DNA of 22,418 nucleotides from a virus (Duplodnaviria; Heunggongvirae; Uroviricota; Caudoviricetes): IMG/VR virus record IMGVR_UViG_2700989234_000006; one strand, 5' to 3'. Shown piece by piece: positions 19,820 to 22,418 of this stretch (position 1 is its first letter; each line of letters starts with the position of its first letter). The notes under the pieces were generated by a model. It saw only the letters and a program-made list of their open reading frames with translations, ran no database searches and was not told where the DNA came from. The position numbers and the translations under genes were made by a program.

Positions 19820-20326
19820 TCAGGAGTTATCCTGAGCTTTTTTATTAACGTTATTAAATGCCAGATCTGTTAATTTGACATCAGTAGCTTTTTCCTCTTC
19901 CAGTGTTTCTTTCAGGAGTTTAGCCGCTTTTTTATATCCTAATTGCTCAGCGAGTGTTACCAAAGTGCCATAACTGGCAATTTCATAGTGCTCTACTTTT
20001 TGTGCTGCAGCAATCAATGCTGCATCACGTACTTCATTTTTATTAGTGCTTTCAATTACCTCATTCGCCTCTTCGATAAGTCCTTCCATTGCGGCACACT
20101 TAATTCTTTTCAATTTAAGACCATCTTCAGAATCAACAACCTGATCGATGCGTTCAATTTGACCATGTGTCTCATCAAGATGTGACTGAAAAGCAGCGGT
20201 TAATTTATCACTATATGCAGAGCGACTAAGTTTAGACAGTGCCTTTGTTAGTTGTTTCTCAGCACTGTATGTATCCGATAATAAGTGGATGAAGATATCT
20301 TCAACAGATTTAATTTGCATAATCAC
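19820..20326 (-). CDS. yciF: YciF-like stress protein (DUF892, ferritin-like)
   Basis: 168 aa. ...VEDIFIHLLSDTYSAEKQLTKAL...VRDAALIAAAQKVEHYEIASYGTLVTLAEQLGY... matches E. coli YciF as remembered but is clearly diverged. GGAG lies upstream of the ATG. Confidence 0.8.
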   Translation of the reverse strand: MIMQIKSVEDIFIHLLSDTYSAEKQLTKALSKLSRSAYSDKLTAAFQSHLDETHGQIERIDQVVDSEDGLKLKRIKCAAMEGLIEEANEVIESTNKNEVRDAALIAAAQKVEHYEIASYGTLVTLAEQLGYKKAAKLLKETLEEEKATDVKLTDLAFNNVNKKAQDNS

Positions 20327-20340
20327 TCCAGAGTTTTCAC

Positions 20341-20360
20341 TGCGAGCCCGTAGGCTCGCA
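20341..20360 (-). other. Perfect 8-bp stem, 4-nt loop hairpin between yciG and yciF
   Basis: TGCGAGCC-cgta-GGCTCGCA. No T-tract follows on the transcribed strand, so it is not a typical terminator. Confidence 0.4.
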
Positions 20361-20398
20361 GTTAGCTTCAGTTATTCACGAATGTAGGGGATGATAAA

Positions 20399-20581
20399 TT
20401 AAGAGTCAGATTTACGGCCGCCACCATGGCTATTCTGACCACCTTTTTTCCCTGCTTCTGATGCTCTTTGCGGATCGTTTTTAAAATTACCGCCACTATG
20501 TTGGCCGCCTTTACGACCAGCGTCAGAAGCTTTTTGTCGATCTTCAGCGAAATTACCTGCACCGCCACGATGTTCGGTCAT
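20399..20581 (-). CDS. yciG: YciG-like KGG-repeat general stress protein
   Basis: 60 aa, MTEHRGGAGNFAEDRQKASDAGRKGGQHSGGNFKNDPQRASEAGKKGGQ..., with repeated (R/K)KGGQ motifs. AGGAG lies upstream of the ATG. Confidence 0.8.
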   Translation of the reverse strand: MTEHRGGAGNFAEDRQKASDAGRKGGQHSGGNFKNDPQRASEAGKKGGQNSHGGGRKSDS

Positions 20582-21249
20582 ATCATTTCTCCTCTGATTT
20601 TCAAATTGTAAATAACATGTGCCTTGTCAGCACCCAATTAACTCTAGTAACAAATAAGAAAGTGTCAAATAACAGATTGGTATACGCATTTTGATGTGAG
20701 AAATAATAATTGTAAAAAATGTGCGCTCAGTGAGTATAATCTATTGATATCTTAGTGATTAACGGAAAGTTTAGGTTGTAACTCAAAAGATTAATGAACC
20801 TAAATTTACATTTCTATATCTTTTGATGTGTATGGCGTTGTTTTTCTCAATAAGAATACTCTGTAAAATAATTCAATCGTAAGATGGTGGTTGTTTATAT
20901 TTTTTTGAGATAGTTCCTAATAGAGCCCATCCCTTGAATAAATAATTGTTTTAAAATTTCGTCTAAAGAACTAATTACAAGAAAATTTATATAGTCCAAA
21001 GAATCATGATTGTACTTAACCATAAGATTTGAGCGTAAAAATTAATGCGCAGCACGTCGTATGCAAGAACGTGCTGCGGCTGGCTGGCGAACTTTCGATA
21101 GTGCGAGTATTGAATGATTTTCAGCCGTTGCCGATTTTACTATGTTTTCAGTAGAACACTTAGACAAAACTGAGGCACACAAATCTTTGCACTGGATTGC
21201 AAGGCTTTGTGCTTCTCTGGAGTGCGACATGTTTGATAACAAAAAATTA

Positions 21250-21277
21250 GCGCAAGAAGACAAAAATCACCTTGCGC
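21250..21277 (-). terminator. Lambda-like tI terminator / sib retroregulatory hairpin downstream of att
   Basis: GCGCAAG...CTTGCGC stem, followed on the minus strand by TAATTTTTT. The surrounding sequence (GATAACAAAAAATTAGCGCAAGAAGACAAAAATCACCTTGCGCTAATGCTCTGT) matches the lambda sib/tI region as remembered. Confidence 0.6.
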
Positions 21278-21426
21278 TAATGCTCTGTCTCAGGTCACTA
21301 ATACTATCTAAGTAGTTGATTCATAGTGACTGGATATGTTGTGTTTTGTAGCATCATGTAGTCTATTTTTTAGACTAAATATATTGTAACACATTGATAT
21401 TAATGGTTTTTAATGTTTCACGTTCA

Positions 21427-21441
21427 GCTTTTTTATACTAA
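21427..21441. other. attP core (GCTTTTTTATACTAA) with lambda-like P and P' arms on either side (about 21280-21520)
   Basis: Exact lambda 15-bp core. The P' side (AGTTGGCATTATAAAAAAGCAT.GCTTATCAATTTGTTGCAACGAACAGGTCA.TATCAGTCAAAATAAAATCATTATTTG) is nearly identical to lambda as remembered; the P side is related but diverged. Confidence 0.8.
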
Positions 21442-21514
21442 GTTGGCATTATAAAAAAGCATCGCTTATCAATTTGTTGCAACGAACAGGTCATTATCAG
21501 TCAAAATAAAATCA

Positions 21515-22312
21515 TTATTTGATTTCAATTTTGTCCCACTCCCTGCCTCTGTCATCACGATACTGTGATGCCATGGTGTCCGACTTGTGCCCGAGAAGAT
21601 GTTGAGCAAACTTATCGCTTATCTGCTTCTCATAGAGTCTTGCAGACAAACTGCGCAACTCGTGAAAGGTAGGTGGATCCCCTTCGAAGGAAAGACCTGA
21701 TGCTTTTCGTGCGCGCATAAAATACCTTGATACTGTGCCGGATGAAAGCGGTTCACGACGAGTAGATGCAATTATGGTTTCTCCGCCAAGAATCTCTTTG
21801 CATTTATCAAGTGTTTCCTTCATTGATATCCCGAGAGCATCAACATGCAATGTTGTAGGGATGGCAATTTTTACGCCTGTTTTGCTTTGCTCGACATAAA
21901 GATATCCATCTACGATATCAGACCACTTCATTTCGCATAAATCACCAACTCGTTGCCCGGTAACAACAGCCAGTTCCATTGCAAGTCTGAGCCAACATGG
22001 TGATGATTCTGCTGTTTGATAAATTTTCAGGTATTCGTCAGCCGTAAGTCTTGATCTCCTTACCTCTGATTTTGCTGCGCGAGTGGCAGCGACCGGTTTT
22101 GTTGTTATATGGCCTTCAGCTATTGCCTCTCGGAATGCATCGCTCAGTGTTGATCTGATTAACTTGGCTGATGCCGCCTTGCCCTCGTCTATGTATCCAT
22201 TGAGCATTGCCGCAATTTCTTTTGTGGTGATGTCTTCAAGTGGAGCATCAGGCAGCCCCCTCCTTATTGCTTTAATTTTGCTCATGTAATTTATGAGTGT
22301 CTTCTGCTTGAT
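21515..22312 (-). pseudogene. int: Tyrosine integrase Int, 5'-truncated (homologous to lambda Int residues about 91-356)
   Basis: ...IKQKTLINYMSKIKAIRRGLPDAPLEDITTKEIAAMLNGYIDEGKAASAKLIRSTLSDAFREAIAEGHITT...HLLGHKSDTMASQYRDDRGREWDKIEIK is near-identical to lambda Int as remembered. Homology stops at about 22312 and an in-frame stop (22337-22339) lies just upstream in the non-homologous sequence. Confidence 0.85.
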
Positions 22313-22418
22313 GAGGTGTACTGGCAATAGCGGACACTACCATTTGTTCTTTTTTTAAGCAGCCATCTGATGATATTTTTCCCTGAAGGCTGCCGGGGAG
22401 ATATTCCCCAGACGAGAG
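22313..22418 (-). mobile_element. Probable terminus of a second IS3-family element (runs off the window), with the 3' end of its transposase ORF on the minus strand
   Basis: Starts TGAGGTGTACTGGCAATAGCGGACAC..., which resembles IS3-group terminal repeats (GCAATAG.GGACAC). The minus-strand frame reads ...SRLGNISPAAFREKYHQMAA then stop at 22355-22357, a typical IS3-family OrfB C-terminus ending about 40 bp from the element tip. Confidence 0.5.

Noticed and set aside
21045..21080. Inverted repeat GCAGCACG...CGTGCTGC as a possible terminator or operator
   Set aside because: It is a short stem with a 13-nt loop and no clear flanking T-tract on the plus strand. I could not link it to a gene, so it is left unannotated.
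21042..21263. 73-aa minus-strand ORF between the AT-rich block and attP
   Set aside because: No ribosome-binding site and no recognisable similarity. It overlaps the sib/tI hairpin region, which is non-coding in lambda. Probably spurious.
22083..22289. 68-aa plus-strand ORF antisense to int
   Set aside because: It is embedded in the conserved int coding sequence with no ribosome-binding site. Lambda xis lies upstream of int and would be beyond the truncation, not here.

Overview
The window is the late (structural) arm and right end of a lambda-like siphovirus genome or prophage, read left to right on the + strand, followed by an accessory region on the - strand. From 1 to 16935 it carries the 3' end of the major capsid gene E, then FI, FII, Z, U, V, G/G-T, H, M, L, K, I, J, lom, a long mosaic side tail fibre gene (stf) and tfa. 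Where lambda has its non-essential b region (about 16936-21040) there is instead a minus-strand operon of stress-protein homologues (yciG, yciF, yciE, and a manganese catalase like katN). Its yciE gene is split by a complete 1310-bp IS629-like insertion sequence with a 3-bp target duplication. To the right are a lambda-like tI/sib hairpin, an apparently intact attP and the 3' two-thirds of int; int is cut off at about 22312 by what looks like the terminus of a second IS3-family element. All identifications rest on reading the supplied ORF translations and the DNA against remembered lambda and E. coli protein sequences; no database search or computation was run, so identities are qualitative. 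No CRISPR array, tRNA or rRNA was seen.
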